Source: Alphaproteobacteria bacterium (GTDB taxonomy: Bacteria > Pseudomonadota > Alphaproteobacteria > UBA828). From it: a DNA stretch of 64,000 nucleotides. The stretch is taken from assembly GCA_963422645.2 (NCBI GenBank), contig CAXXVO010000004.1, positions 192,001-256,000 on the forward strand, in the 5' to 3' direction. Positions 10,181-19,968 of this stretch are shown piece by piece; position 1 is the first letter of the stretch, and each line of letters opens with the position of its first letter. Below the pieces are notes generated by a model. The model did not search any database. It was not told where the DNA came from and was given only the letters and a program-made list of their open reading frames with translations. The translations under genes were made by a program, and so were the position numbers.

Positions 10181-11194
10181 ATGCTGGAGAAATTCGAACG
10201 CTATCCGCTGACCTTCGGCCCGACGGCCATCGAGAAGCTGGATCGGCTCTCCGAGCATCTGGGCGGCGCGGTCGAGCTCTACGCCAAGCGCGACGATTGC
10301 AATTCGGGCCTCGCCTTCGGCGGCAACAAGATCCGCAAGCTCGAGTACATCGTGCCCGATGCCATCGCCTCCAATGCGGATACCCTGGTCACGATCGGCG
10401 GGGTGCAGTCGAACCACACGCGCCAGGTCGCAGCGGTCGCCGCCAAGCTCGGCATGAATTGCCGCCTGGTTCAGGAGAGCTGGGTGCCCTTCGAGGACGC
10501 CGTCTACGACCGGGTCGGGAACATCCTGATGAGCCGAGTGATGGGGGCGGAGATCGAGCTGGTCGACGAAGGCTTCGACATCGGGATTCGGGAGAGCTGG
10601 GAGCGGGCGCTCGAGGACGTGAAGGCGAAGGGCGGGAAGCCCTACGCCATTCCGGCGGGCGCCTCGGTTCACAAGTTCGGCGGGCTCGGCTACGTCGGCT
10701 TCGCCGAGGAGGTGCGAGCGCAGGAGCAAGAGCTCGGCATCAGGTTCGATTACGTCATCGTCTGCACCGTCACCGGCTCCACCCACGCCGGCATGCTGGT
10801 CGGCTTCGCGAAGGACGGCCGCGCCGACCGGGTCATCGGAATCGACGCGTCGGGAACGCCGGCACAGACCCGCGCGCAGGTGATGGAGATCGCCCGCAAC
10901 ACGGCGGAGCTGGTGGAACTCGACCGCGCCATCGCGGACGACGATCTCGTCCTGCTCGAGGACTACGCCTATCCCGCCTACGGCGTGCCCTCGGCTGAGA
11001 CCAACGACGCGATCCGCCTCGCAGGGCGCACGGAAGGGATGATGACCGACCCGGTCTATGAGGGGAAATCCTTGCAGGGCATGATCGACCTCGTGCGGAA
11101 GGGGTACTTCCCGCCGGGGTCCAGGGTTCTCTACGCCCATCTCGGCGGCGTGCCCGCCATCAACGGCTACAGCTACATTTATCGCAACGGTTAG
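10181..11194 (+). CDS. acdS: 1-aminocyclopropane-1-carboxylate deaminase
   Basis: 337 aa from [15 protein letters not shown]; [21 protein letters not shown]; diagnostic TDPVYEGKS (Glu) and YAHLGG (Leu). Confidence 0.93.
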   Translation: MLEKFERYPLTFGPTAIEKLDRLSEHLGGAVELYAKRDDCNSGLAFGGNKIRKLEYIVPDAIASNADTLVTIGGVQSNHTRQVAAVAAKLGMNCRLVQESWVPFEDAVYDRVGNILMSRVMGAEIELVDEGFDIGIRESWERALEDVKAKGGKPYAIPAGASVHKFGGLGYVGFAEEVRAQEQELGIRFDYVIVCTVTGSTHAGMLVGFAKDGRADRVIGIDASGTPAQTRAQVMEIARNTAELVELDRAIADDDLVLLEDYAYPAYGVPSAETNDAIRLAGRTEGMMTDPVYEGKSLQGMIDLVRKGYFPPGSRVLYAHLGGVPAINGYSYIYRNG

Positions 11195-11239
11195 ATTTCG
11201 TCGGCAGCGCTGCCCAACGGTTCCAAGCAGGAGAGTGTC

Positions 11240-12061
11240 ATGGCCGCTCAACGCGTCGGTGCCTATGTCGAGGTCGCCCCCGGCGTCGACATCTACTACG
11301 AGGACGAGGGGGAGGGGCCTGCGCTGGTCCTGATTCCCGGCTGGACCTTCACCACCAGGGTCTTCGACCATCAATTCGCGGCGTTTTCGGATCGCTACAG
11401 GGTGATCTCCTTCGACCCGCGTAGCCACGGCCGCTCGACCGTCACGAGCGACGGCAACAACTACGCCACGCAAGCGGCCGATCTCGCCGTGCTGCTCGAT
11501 CACCTGAAGGTCGAGACTCCGATCCTGGCGGGCTGGTCTGCCGGCTCGTTGACCGCATGGCACCACGTCCGCAATCGCGGCACGGACGGAATTCGTGGCC
11601 TCGTCTCCATCGACATGCCGCCGCTCGGGATGAGCTACGACCAGAGCGACTGGGTCGAAGGCGCGATCGATGCTCTGGCCGGGTTCTTTCAGGGGGTGCA
11701 GACTGCGCAAGGCCAGCGCGGCGTCGTCACTTGGTATGCCGACAACATCATGATCGAAGGCGAGATGTCGCCGGAGGTGACCGCCTGGATTGTCGAGCAG
11801 TCGCTCGCGACGCCGCCGCTCATCGCCGCCAATCTCATCGCCGACGTGTGCTTCGCGAACTACCTGGAGGAGGCGAAGCAGGTGGACGCGAGCATACCGT
11901 CGATCTTCTACGTCGCCGACCACTGGGCCGAGACCGCCAAGCCCTTCCTGGCCAAGCATTGCCCCAACGCGCGCGTCGAGGCCTTCGGCGGGCACATGAT
12001 GTTCTGGGAGTATCCCGAGCGGTTTAACGAGAGTTTTTCGGAGTTCCTTTCAGCCCTCTGA
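11240..12061 (+). CDS. Alpha/beta hydrolase (non-heme haloperoxidase/esterase-like)
   Basis: LIPGW, DPRSHGRS, nucleophile elbow GWSAG, C-terminal GGHMMFWE. Confidence 0.85.
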   Translation: MAAQRVGAYVEVAPGVDIYYEDEGEGPALVLIPGWTFTTRVFDHQFAAFSDRYRVISFDPRSHGRSTVTSDGNNYATQAADLAVLLDHLKVETPILAGWSAGSLTAWHHVRNRGTDGIRGLVSIDMPPLGMSYDQSDWVEGAIDALAGFFQGVQTAQGQRGVVTWYADNIMIEGEMSPEVTAWIVEQSLATPPLIAANLIADVCFANYLEEAKQVDASIPSIFYVADHWAETAKPFLAKHCPNARVEAFGGHMMFWEYPERFNESFSEFLSAL

Positions 12062-12072
12062 CCCCAACGGGG

Positions 12073-12531
12073 CTACCGCTCGACGATGGTGACGTTCCCG
12101 ATCCAGCGCTGCTTGCGGCGTGCGAGCCGGCCGGGGACATCCTCCGCCTCGTAGTCGGCGATGGGGACGGAAGCCCGGTTCACGTCAAGCGGCGGCTCCA
12201 GCAGGTTCGAGTTGAGGACCGAATAGAGGCGCCCCTCCATCTCGCAAACAGCCGCCGCGATCACGCCGCAGCGGCTGCAGACGAGGAAAGTCGCGGTCTC
12301 GTGGCCGAAGGCGTAGCGGCTCACACGGTCGGGCTCGGCCAGCGTGATCGTGAGCCGACCCGATGGTGCGGAGACGTAGAGGCTGCCGTGCTTCTGGCAG
12401 AAGCTGCAGCCGCAATGGCGCGGGGAGAGGGGGGTGTCGTCCTCCACCTCCAGCGCAACCCCGATCGCGCCGCAATGGCAGGCGCCTTCCGAAGTCTTTT
12501 CCACCAAACTCCTCCCTCCCTTCGTCGTCAC
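12073..12531 (-). CDS. GFA/CENP-V family zinc-binding protein
   Basis: GACHCGAI, CGCSFCQKHG, CSRCG. Confidence 0.85.
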   Translation of the reverse strand: MTTKGGRSLVEKTSEGACHCGAIGVALEVEDDTPLSPRHCGCSFCQKHGSLYVSAPSGRLTITLAEPDRVSRYAFGHETATFLVCSRCGVIAAAVCEMEGRLYSVLNSNLLEPPLDVNRASVPIADYEAEDVPGRLARRKQRWIGNVTIVER

Positions 12532-12626
12532 GGCGCATTTGCATCGACCCGCAATGCGTCTCTTGCGTAGCGTCGCGCATTCGCCTTATGCCCGTAAAGT
12601 CGACAATCTCGGACCGGGAGCCATCG

Positions 12627-13469
12627 ATGAGCCGCAACGACACGACGGGCGCGCCGACGCCCACCTACACCATGGGCTACGGCCCCGAGTTCCAAAAAAT
12701 GCTCGAACGCAGGAACGCGGCGGACTGCGCCGCCCATCTGCTGCCGCACCTCGAGCCCGGCATGCGCCTGCTCGACCTCGGCTGCGGCCCCGGTACGATT
12801 TCTGTGGGGCTGGCGGATGCCGTCGCGCCTGGCGAGCTGCGAGGCATCGACATGGAGGCCTCGCAGATCGAGATGGCCAGCGCGGCCGCCAAGGCCGGCG
12901 GCCACGACAACGCGGTCTTTCAAGCCGGGGATGCGACCGAGCTTCCCTTCGATGATGCGACTTTCGACGTGGCCCACTGCCACGCCCTGCTCAACCATGC
13001 TCCCCGCACGCAGGCCGTACTCGCCGAGGTGAAGCGGGTGCTGAAGCCCGGCGGTCTCTTCGCCGCGCGTGAGGTGTTCGGCGACTCGTCGTTCTTCGAG
13101 CCCGCGCGCGATCTGGGCGGCATCAGCGGCGACACGGTGTGGGCGACCTTCCTCAAGCTGCTTGCGGCCAATGGCGGCCATCCGCAGATGGGCCGCGAGC
13201 TGAAGCGCGCCTTCTTTGACGCCGGGTTCACGGACGTGCGCGCAACCGCCTCCTTCGAAACCTACGACACGGCCGGCGACCTCGCCTTTCTTCACGGCCT
13301 GATTGTCGGCTGGTTCTTCTCGCCCCTCACCATGGAAAGGGCGATGAAGCACGGGCTGGCGAGCCAGGAACAGTTCGACCGGTGGCGCAGATCACTCGAC
13401 GCTTGGGTGAACGAGCCCGGCGCATTCGCAGCCTTCGCCTGGGGTGAGGCGATCGGGCGGAAGCCCTAA
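12627..13469 (+). CDS. Class I SAM-dependent methyltransferase (UbiE-like)
   Basis: Start refined to MSRNDTT; LLDLGCGPG, GDATELPFDDATFD, RVLKPGG. Confidence 0.88.
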   Translation: MSRNDTTGAPTPTYTMGYGPEFQKMLERRNAADCAAHLLPHLEPGMRLLDLGCGPGTISVGLADAVAPGELRGIDMEASQIEMASAAAKAGGHDNAVFQAGDATELPFDDATFDVAHCHALLNHAPRTQAVLAEVKRVLKPGGLFAAREVFGDSSFFEPARDLGGISGDTVWATFLKLLAANGGHPQMGRELKRAFFDAGFTDVRATASFETYDTAGDLAFLHGLIVGWFFSPLTMERAMKHGLASQEQFDRWRRSLDAWVNEPGAFAAFAWGEAIGRKP

Positions 13470-13479
13470 CCCTACGCGG

Positions 13480-15540
13480 CTATACCAGCGTCACGCGGTA
13501 GTTGCCGAGCGGGTCGATGACGGCTTCCGCGTCCTCGGGAACGAGGACCGTGGTTGTCGCTTCCTCGACGATGGCGGGGCCCGCGATCGTGGCACCGGGT
13601 GCGAGGTCGTTGCCGCGATAGACCGGTACCGTCTCGGGCGCATCCCGGCCGGGCAGGTGGACTTGGCGCGTGCCGTGGGGCTCGGCCGCCCCCGCCATTG
13701 CCGCGCCTTCCGCCGGTGCGAGATCGGCAGCGGCCGGTCCGATGGCCCGCACCTTCCAGGTGGTGAATTCGACCAGGTCGTTCTCGTTCTTGATCGTGTA
13801 GATGCGCTCGTGCATCCGATGGAAGCCGTCCGCCAGCCCGGCCACGTTGTCGGCGGCGAGCGCGCCGTCCGTTGTTGCGAAGGGCACCTCGATCTCCCAT
13901 GACTGATACTGGTAGCGGCCGAGATAGGCGTACTCGAAGCGCTGATCGGCTTCGGCGATGCCCGCGCGGGCGAGGAAGGCGCGGCCCCGCTCGACCAGCG
14001 TGGCCAGCACCCCGTTGACTCCCTCGACGTCGAAGCGCGCGGCGTCGGTCACCAGCGTCCCGGTCTCCTCCCACACGATGTCGGAGATCAAGCCGCCGAA
14101 GGCGCTTAAGCCGGCCGAGAATTTTGGCACCATGTAGCCCTTGATGCCGAGCACCCGCGCCATCTGGCCCATATGCACGGCGGTCGCCCCGCCGCCGGCC
14201 ACGAAGTAGCTCTCGCGCGGGTCGATCCCCTCCTGCACGGTGATGTCCTCGATGGCGGCGATCATGGTGTGATCGACCGTGCTGGCGATGGTGCCGACCG
14301 CCGCTTCCGCCGCCGCCTTGTCGAGCCGCATCCGGCCGCCGAGGAAGTAGTCGGGGTCGATGATGCCGAGCACCACGTCGGCGTCCGTCACGGTGGGCCG
14401 GGTGCCGCCAAGCCCGTAGCAGGCGGGACCGGGGTCCGCGCCCGCGCTCTCCGGCCCCACGCGGAGCAGTCCGCCCGCGTCCACGTGGGCGATGGAGCCG
14501 CCGCCCGCCCCCACCGAGCGCACGTCGACCTTGGGGATGCCCAGCATGTCGAACTCGGTCAGCATCGCTTCGGGCGATATGACGAGCTGCCCGTCCCGCA
14601 CCGCGGAGACATCGAACGAGGTGCCGCCCATGTCGACGACCACGAGATCGGGCGCGTCTGCGAGCCGCTTGGCCGCGACCGGGGCCAGCGTCGGCCCGGA
14701 CATCACGCTGTAGATCGGCCGCTCGGCGATTTCGTCCGGCGGCATCATGCCGCCCAGGCAATTCGCGATCATCAGCTCGTTGCCGTAGCCGCTCTCCCTG
14801 AGGCCCCCATCGAGCGCGTGGACGTAAGCGCTCACCACCGGCCGGAGCGCGGCGTCGATTGCGGCGGAGACGGCGCGGCGGTACTCGCGGGCGATGGGGT
14901 TGAGCCGGTGGCTGAGGGTCACTGGGATCTCGGGCCAGGCCCTCCGCACAATCTCGCCCACGCGCCGCTCGTGGTCGCCGTTCACCACCGACCAGAGCAG
15001 GCAGACCGCGACCGCCTCCACGCCGATCTTCTGGAAATCCTCGACCGCCGCGAGCACGTCGCCTTCCGCGAGCGGCGTGTGCTCCGCGCCGGCGGCATCG
15101 ATCCGCCCGCGCACGCCGCGCGTCCGAATCCGGGGCACGAAGGGCTCGGGGTAGGTGAGGCGCCAGTGGAAGGGTGGTTTGCGGGGCGCCTCGCGCAGCG
15201 TGAGAATGTCGCGGAAGCCGTGGGTGCAGATCAGCCCCACGGTCGCGTGCTTGCCTTCCAGCAGCGCGTTGGTCGAGACCGTGGTGCCGTGGACGATGCG
15301 CGCCACCCGCGCCATGAAGTCGGGGAGTTCCAGCCCGTAGCCCTCGGCCGCCAGTCCCAGCGCGTTCATGAAGCCCTGCTCGAACGCAGACGGCGTTGAC
15401 GGCGTCTTGAAGATGCGCAGACGCTGGTCCGAATCTGAGCCTTGTTCTCCGCGCGCGTCCTGCGCGACGACGCAGTCGGTAAAGGTGCCGCCGATATCGA
15501 TACAGACCCGGAAATCTCCGGGCGGGGGTGCAGCGGCCAT
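13480..15540 (-). CDS. Hydantoinase A/5-oxoprolinase family, ATP-binding subunit
   Basis: DIGGTFTD, VHGTTVSTNA, DMGGTSFDVS, VGAGGGSIA, GPESAGADPGPACYG, PTVTDA. Confidence 0.92.
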   Translation of the reverse strand: MAAAPPPGDFRVCIDIGGTFTDCVVAQDARGEQGSDSDQRLRIFKTPSTPSAFEQGFMNALGLAAEGYGLELPDFMARVARIVHGTTVSTNALLEGKHATVGLICTHGFRDILTLREAPRKPPFHWRLTYPEPFVPRIRTRGVRGRIDAAGAEHTPLAEGDVLAAVEDFQKIGVEAVAVCLLWSVVNGDHERRVGEIVRRAWPEIPVTLSHRLNPIAREYRRAVSAAIDAALRPVVSAYVHALDGGLRESGYGNELMIANCLGGMMPPDEIAERPIYSVMSGPTLAPVAAKRLADAPDLVVVDMGGTSFDVSAVRDGQLVISPEAMLTEFDMLGIPKVDVRSVGAGGGSIAHVDAGGLLRVGPESAGADPGPACYGLGGTRPTVTDADVVLGIIDPDYFLGGRMRLDKAAAEAAVGTIASTVDHTMIAAIEDITVQEGIDPRESYFVAGGGATAVHMGQMARVLGIKGYMVPKFSAGLSAFGGLISDIVWEETGTLVTDAARFDVEGVNGVLATLVERGRAFLARAGIAEADQRFEYAYLGRYQYQSWEIEVPFATTDGALAADNVAGLADGFHRMHERIYTIKNENDLVEFTTWKVRAIGPAAADLAPAEGAAMAGAAEPHGTRQVHLPGRDAPETVPVYRGNDLAPGATIAGPAIVEEATTTVLVPEDAEAVIDPLGNYRVTLV

Positions 15541-17334
15541 CTAGGCCTCGGCCCCGCCCTTGCGCGCCTGCCGGAACCGTGCGGTCTCCTCCGCGTCCAC
15601 CTCGTGCGCGATGCCGTCGGCGGCGCGGCGCAGCGCAACGGCGTAGACCTCCGTCGCCTTCTCGGGGCTGAGCCAGCCGTTGTCCACCGCGCGCGCGACC
15701 GCTGCCGGATCGCGCCGCGTGGGATCGCCGTAGCCGCCGCCGGCTGTGGTGACGAAGCGGAACATCTCGCCCGGCGCGCAGCGCTCCTCGTGGAAAGAGG
15801 GGAGGGTGACGAGGGTGCCGTCGGCTGTGCGTTTCTGGTTGACCGAGGGCGCGCCGTCGCTGCCGCCGCGCACGCCCTTGGACGGGTAGGTGTCGCCGTC
15901 GCTGCAATAGACCGCGGTCATCTCGCCAGCGACGGGGCCGTATACGGCGAGCGTGCCCGGCGCGCCGTCCCACTCGCCGTGGCCGAGCGTGTCAGTGGCG
16001 AGCTCACGGCACTCGAAGTGGATGGGGAACATGCTTTCGTCCACCTCGGTAGGTGAGAGGATCTGCATGCCGCCGTCTACCGGCCCGCCGTAGGTGACCC
16101 AGCCGTCGTGGCCCGGCAGTCCCGGCCCGCCGCCGAAGCCGATGAACATCTGGTTGACGTAAGTCTGGCCGTCGCGGCGCGGGTCCTCGCCCGAGATCAC
16201 GGCGAGGCCGAGCGCCTGCTGATAGCCGCCCTCGGCCATGCCATGGGTGGGCCCAATCTGGGCGAAGCAGCAGGAGACCGCGTTGACCAGCTGGTCGGTG
16301 ACATTGGTGGTGGCGACCGAGGTGCCGACGGGATAGCGCGGCCGGCCGACGATGCAGCCATCGCGCAGTAGCACCCGGATGCGCCGCGCGCTGCCCTCGT
16401 TATGCGGGATGGTGTGGTCGATGTTGTAGAAGACGCCGGCTCGGCAGGCGGCGATGGAGCAGGTCTCGCTCAGGTTCAGTCCGCTTGGGATGCAGTCGAT
16501 ATTGTCGCGCACATCCACCGTGATCATCGCCTCGTCGGGATCGACCGTCACCTGCGCCCGGACCGGAATCCCCTCGTCGGCGACGCCCGGCAGCGGATCG
16601 TGCCGGTTCTCGTAAGACCAGGTGCCCGCCGGCAGCGTCCTGATTGCGGCGGCGGCGCGGCGCTCGCCATAGGCCATCCAGGCCTCGACGAATTCGGCGA
16701 TGGTCTCCGGCCCGTGTTTCTCGACCAGCTCCTTGATCCGGCGCTCCGCCGTGCGGCAGGCACCTACCTGGGCCAGATAGTCGCCGTACCAGAGGTCGGG
16801 CACCCGCACCTTGATCTTGGCCATGCGGATGATGTCGCGGATCTCCTTGTAGCCCCGCTCCACGCGCACACCGGGGAAGTGCAGCCCTTCCTCGTAGATG
16901 GTCTTGGCGTAAGGCAGGTAGGTCGACGGGATCGGCGCGCCGACATCGGCGTGGTGAGCGCGCGAGACGGTCCAGAAGAGCGGCTTGCCGTTGAAGAACA
17001 CCGGCACGCAGAGCGTCAGGTCCGCGTGGTGCGTGACGCCCGTGTAGGGGCAGTTGTTGAGGAAGGCGTCGCCCTCCTCGATGTCGTCGAAGAGCTCGGT
17101 GAGCGGCCGGGTCGTGAGGTCGATCGCCGCCGCGTGCACCGGGATGCACTCCTCGATGCAGACCAGCCGGTGGTCGTAGGTGAGGATGGCGCAGGACATG
17201 TCGCGCGCGATCTTGATGACGCCCGACTTGCTCGCGCGCAGCACGCCGTTGCTCATCTCGCGCAGGATGGCGCCGAAGCGGCTGGAGAGCACCGAGAGCA
17301 GCATCGGGTCGAAGTCCGGTGCTGCGGCCGACAT
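15541..17334 (-). CDS. Hydantoinase B/oxoprolinase family subunit
   Basis: ARDMSCA, NCPYTGVTHHAD, RAHHADVG, YEEG, TAGGGYGDP; abuts the A subunit; alternative start at 17388. Confidence 0.9.
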   Translation of the reverse strand: MSAAAPDFDPMLLSVLSSRFGAILREMSNGVLRASKSGVIKIARDMSCAILTYDHRLVCIEECIPVHAAAIDLTTRPLTELFDDIEEGDAFLNNCPYTGVTHHADLTLCVPVFFNGKPLFWTVSRAHHADVGAPIPSTYLPYAKTIYEEGLHFPGVRVERGYKEIRDIIRMAKIKVRVPDLWYGDYLAQVGACRTAERRIKELVEKHGPETIAEFVEAWMAYGERRAAAAIRTLPAGTWSYENRHDPLPGVADEGIPVRAQVTVDPDEAMITVDVRDNIDCIPSGLNLSETCSIAACRAGVFYNIDHTIPHNEGSARRIRVLLRDGCIVGRPRYPVGTSVATTNVTDQLVNAVSCCFAQIGPTHGMAEGGYQQALGLAVISGEDPRRDGQTYVNQMFIGFGGGPGLPGHDGWVTYGGPVDGGMQILSPTEVDESMFPIHFECRELATDTLGHGEWDGAPGTLAVYGPVAGEMTAVYCSDGDTYPSKGVRGGSDGAPSVNQKRTADGTLVTLPSFHEERCAPGEMFRFVTTAGGGYGDPTRRDPAAVARAVDNGWLSPEKATEVYAVALRRAADGIAHEVDAEETARFRQARKGGAEA

Positions 17335-17515
17335 GGTGCCGCCGCCGACGGTGATCGTATCGGATGCGGGGGAGGGCAGGTCTTCCATGGCGGCTATCCC
17401 CGAAGGGCCGGCACGGGCTGCGCCGGGCGCTGGCGAGCTTGCCAAATTCTCGCCGCGGCGTCCATCGGGCCAGCCCGCATCCGGGATTCAGCGGGATAAA
17501 ACGGGATCGTGTTGG

Positions 17516-18352
17516 CTAGGTGCGGTGCTCGGTCAGGCCCGTGCCCTGGTAGACGATGCGGCGGTGATTGAGTTCCGTGCGCTTGTGGAACTCGACCGTG
17601 ACCGGGTCGAAATCGCGGGCCGGCGTCGGCTCGTGCTCGAAGTAGCCGAACCTGTCCTCGCCTCTGACCAGGGTCGCGCTGTCCCAGTCGGAAAGAGTCT
17701 GACGCGCGTCGGGCGGCATGTAGCGAATGGCGATCCCGATGCGCCGGTCGTCGCTGCGGTTGGGGTGAGAGGCATGCGCGAGGCGGTACGCGAAGAGCGC
17801 CGCCTCGCCGGTGCCGACCTCCATGTTGACGGCTTCGGCTTCGTCGATCCCCGCGCTGATCTCCTGGCCGCGGGACAGCATGTTGTCGTCGTGCCAGGTC
17901 TCGCGGTGCGGCAGCCTGGGGCCGAGGTGGCTGCCGGGCATGAAGCGCATGCAGCCGCTCTCCACCGTCGCCGGCGAGAGGGCCACCCACGCGCTGACCA
18001 GGTGGTCCGTATCCAGGCCCCAGTAATTGCTGTCCTGATGCCACGAGACGTACTGGGGCGAGTGCGGCTCCTTGATCCACCATTGGCTGGTCCAGCAAAT
18101 GATGTTGGGGCCGATGAGGTCCTCCACCGCATCCAGAATGCGGGGGTTGCGGACCAGGTCCGTCATCCAGCGCAGGAGCAGATGGCCCTTGATGCGAAAT
18201 GTGCCCTTGAGAGGTCCTCCGTGTTCCGACTCCAGGCACTCCAGCGCGCCGCGCATCGCGGCCGCTTCACCCGGCTCGAACAGGCTAAAGGGCTTGCAGT
18301 AGCCGTCCCGCCTGTACTGCTCGATCGCAGCCTGTGTCAGCACCTTGGGCAT
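17516..18352 (-). CDS. Phytanoyl-CoA dioxygenase (PhyH) family Fe(II)/2OG enzyme
   Basis: QYRRDGY, WHQD, SAWVAL...GCMRFMPGSH, HAS.PNRS..RR; start refined to MPKVLT. Confidence 0.9.
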   Translation of the reverse strand: MPKVLTQAAIEQYRRDGYCKPFSLFEPGEAAAMRGALECLESEHGGPLKGTFRIKGHLLLRWMTDLVRNPRILDAVEDLIGPNIICWTSQWWIKEPHSPQYVSWHQDSNYWGLDTDHLVSAWVALSPATVESGCMRFMPGSHLGPRLPHRETWHDDNMLSRGQEISAGIDEAEAVNMEVGTGEAALFAYRLAHASHPNRSDDRRIGIAIRYMPPDARQTLSDWDSATLVRGEDRFGYFEHEPTPARDFDPVTVEFHKRTELNHRRIVYQGTGLTEHRT

Positions 18353-18473
18353 CGCACTTGTTTCTCCGGAATCGGCACGAATGGCAACCCCCACGAACAC
18401 GCGCACGTTCGGCTCCAGCACGGGCCGCCGACGCACAAGGGGTCAGGTCATCGGGCGCGGCAAGGAAGCCGGG

Positions 18474-19829
18474 TCAAAAGACCTTGGGTATGAAGAGGTG
18501 CGGGATCTCCTTGCTGTAGCGATCCCAGTCGGCGCCGTATTTCCTCTTGCAGCGGGCGATGTCGCGGGCCGCGCGATGAAGCAGCATCAGTACGAAGAAC
18601 GCCACGTACAAGTAAGGCAGGAAGTGATCGAAGCCGCAGATCAGGCCCCACGACAGCGCCATGAGTACGTCTGCAGTGTAGTGGGGCTTGCGGGCGTAGC
18701 GCCACCATCCGTCGACGAGCAGCTTTGAACCGGCCTTGGTATCCAGGTAGCGGGGATTTTCGAGCGTGCCCCAGGGCAGCTGCGGGAACGCCTTTCGCCT
18801 CACAAACGAGCCGTTGAGCTGCATGCGGAAGCGATTGCGCTGGCTGTTCGCCGTATCCCACACGTAGTAAGCGCCGATGAGGAGGGCGAAACAGAACGCC
18901 GTGTAGGAAATCGAGAGCTCGAAGGGCGGGCGGGACGCGATGTACATGGCGCTGAAGCAGTAGACGAAAGGCACCCCTGCCAGGTTCCAGAAAACCAGCA
19001 TCCAGCCCCACTTCTCGTGGAAGATGTCCCACGTCGTGGGGATGCACTCCTCGCCTTTCATGCAGGCGTTGGCGTAGAGGAAGTGCGCCACCAGCATGAA
19101 GATCATGGGCGTGCTGACCGTGCCGTAAGTGGCGTGCTGGTGGGCGGCAGCGCTCGCCGTGAGCAGAAAGAGCGTTAGCCACGAGACGCGAATCTCCGCC
19201 CACATCTTCAGGTCGAGCATTCCGATGCGCGGGTTGAGCCACGCCCCCATGAAGAAGTCGTGGAGGACGTTGCCCGCCCTCCGCTCCGCGTTGCCCGTGA
19301 CCCGTGCGCCGACGTAGACGCCGATTGCGATCGCGTTCGCGGTGATCATCGCGGCGACCATGAACGCGCCGAATTGCTCGTAGATCGTCTGCAAGGGGAA
19401 GATGCCCGTGACGTGCAGCACGGCGACGCCGGCCAGCGTCAGCCACCAGGCCGTGATCCCATTGCAACGGTAGACCAATCGCCGGCCGCCGCGCGATGGG
19501 ATCGGCAACCCCTTGATCTCCAGTCCCGGAATGAGGGCGGCCATCAATCCTTCTGTGGCCAGGAACCCCCAATAGATTGCGAACGTGCTCCAGGACGGCA
19601 CTGCGTGCTCAACGATGTGCTCCCAGATTTGCCCGAGGAAGGGCCCCACCTCGGAGAGACTCGCCGGATAGAAGAGGGCGCCGTCGTGAAAACGCCACGC
19701 GACCCAGAGATAGAGCATCAACGCGTGCGAGAGCGTGATGACGACGGCCGCACCGATCGGGCCGCCGAACTCGCGCGCGGCTTCGGTGCTCCTGTCCGCA
19801 GTCGCGGGGCTGGTCGCTGCGTCTGGCAC
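18474..19829 (-). CDS. ERG4/ERG24-family sterol reductase, most like delta24(28)-reductase ERG4
   Basis: EFGG start, multiple hydrophobic segments, DFFMGAWLNPRIG.LDLKMW.E.R, YANAC.KGEECIPTTWD..HEKWGWML.FWNLAGVP, ANSQ.N.FR, LL.DGWW..ARK.HY..D, HRA.RD..RC..KYG.DW..Y. Confidence 0.88.
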   Translation of the reverse strand: MPDAATSPATADRSTEAAREFGGPIGAAVVITLSHALMLYLWVAWRFHDGALFYPASLSEVGPFLGQIWEHIVEHAVPSWSTFAIYWGFLATEGLMAALIPGLEIKGLPIPSRGGRRLVYRCNGITAWWLTLAGVAVLHVTGIFPLQTIYEQFGAFMVAAMITANAIAIGVYVGARVTGNAERRAGNVLHDFFMGAWLNPRIGMLDLKMWAEIRVSWLTLFLLTASAAAHQHATYGTVSTPMIFMLVAHFLYANACMKGEECIPTTWDIFHEKWGWMLVFWNLAGVPFVYCFSAMYIASRPPFELSISYTAFCFALLIGAYYVWDTANSQRNRFRMQLNGSFVRRKAFPQLPWGTLENPRYLDTKAGSKLLVDGWWRYARKPHYTADVLMALSWGLICGFDHFLPYLYVAFFVLMLLHRAARDIARCKRKYGADWDRYSKEIPHLFIPKVF

Positions 19830-19968
19830 GGCTCCCTCTGTGTAGGGGATCTTCTCAACTAGCCGTTTGGCAGAGCAATCTCAATCCGGCCGTTGGCCGC
19901 GCCTGCGTTGCACGATGCCGCTGGCTCCCGGTACGGCTCTCGGCCGTGACCGTGGTGAGAACTGCGAG

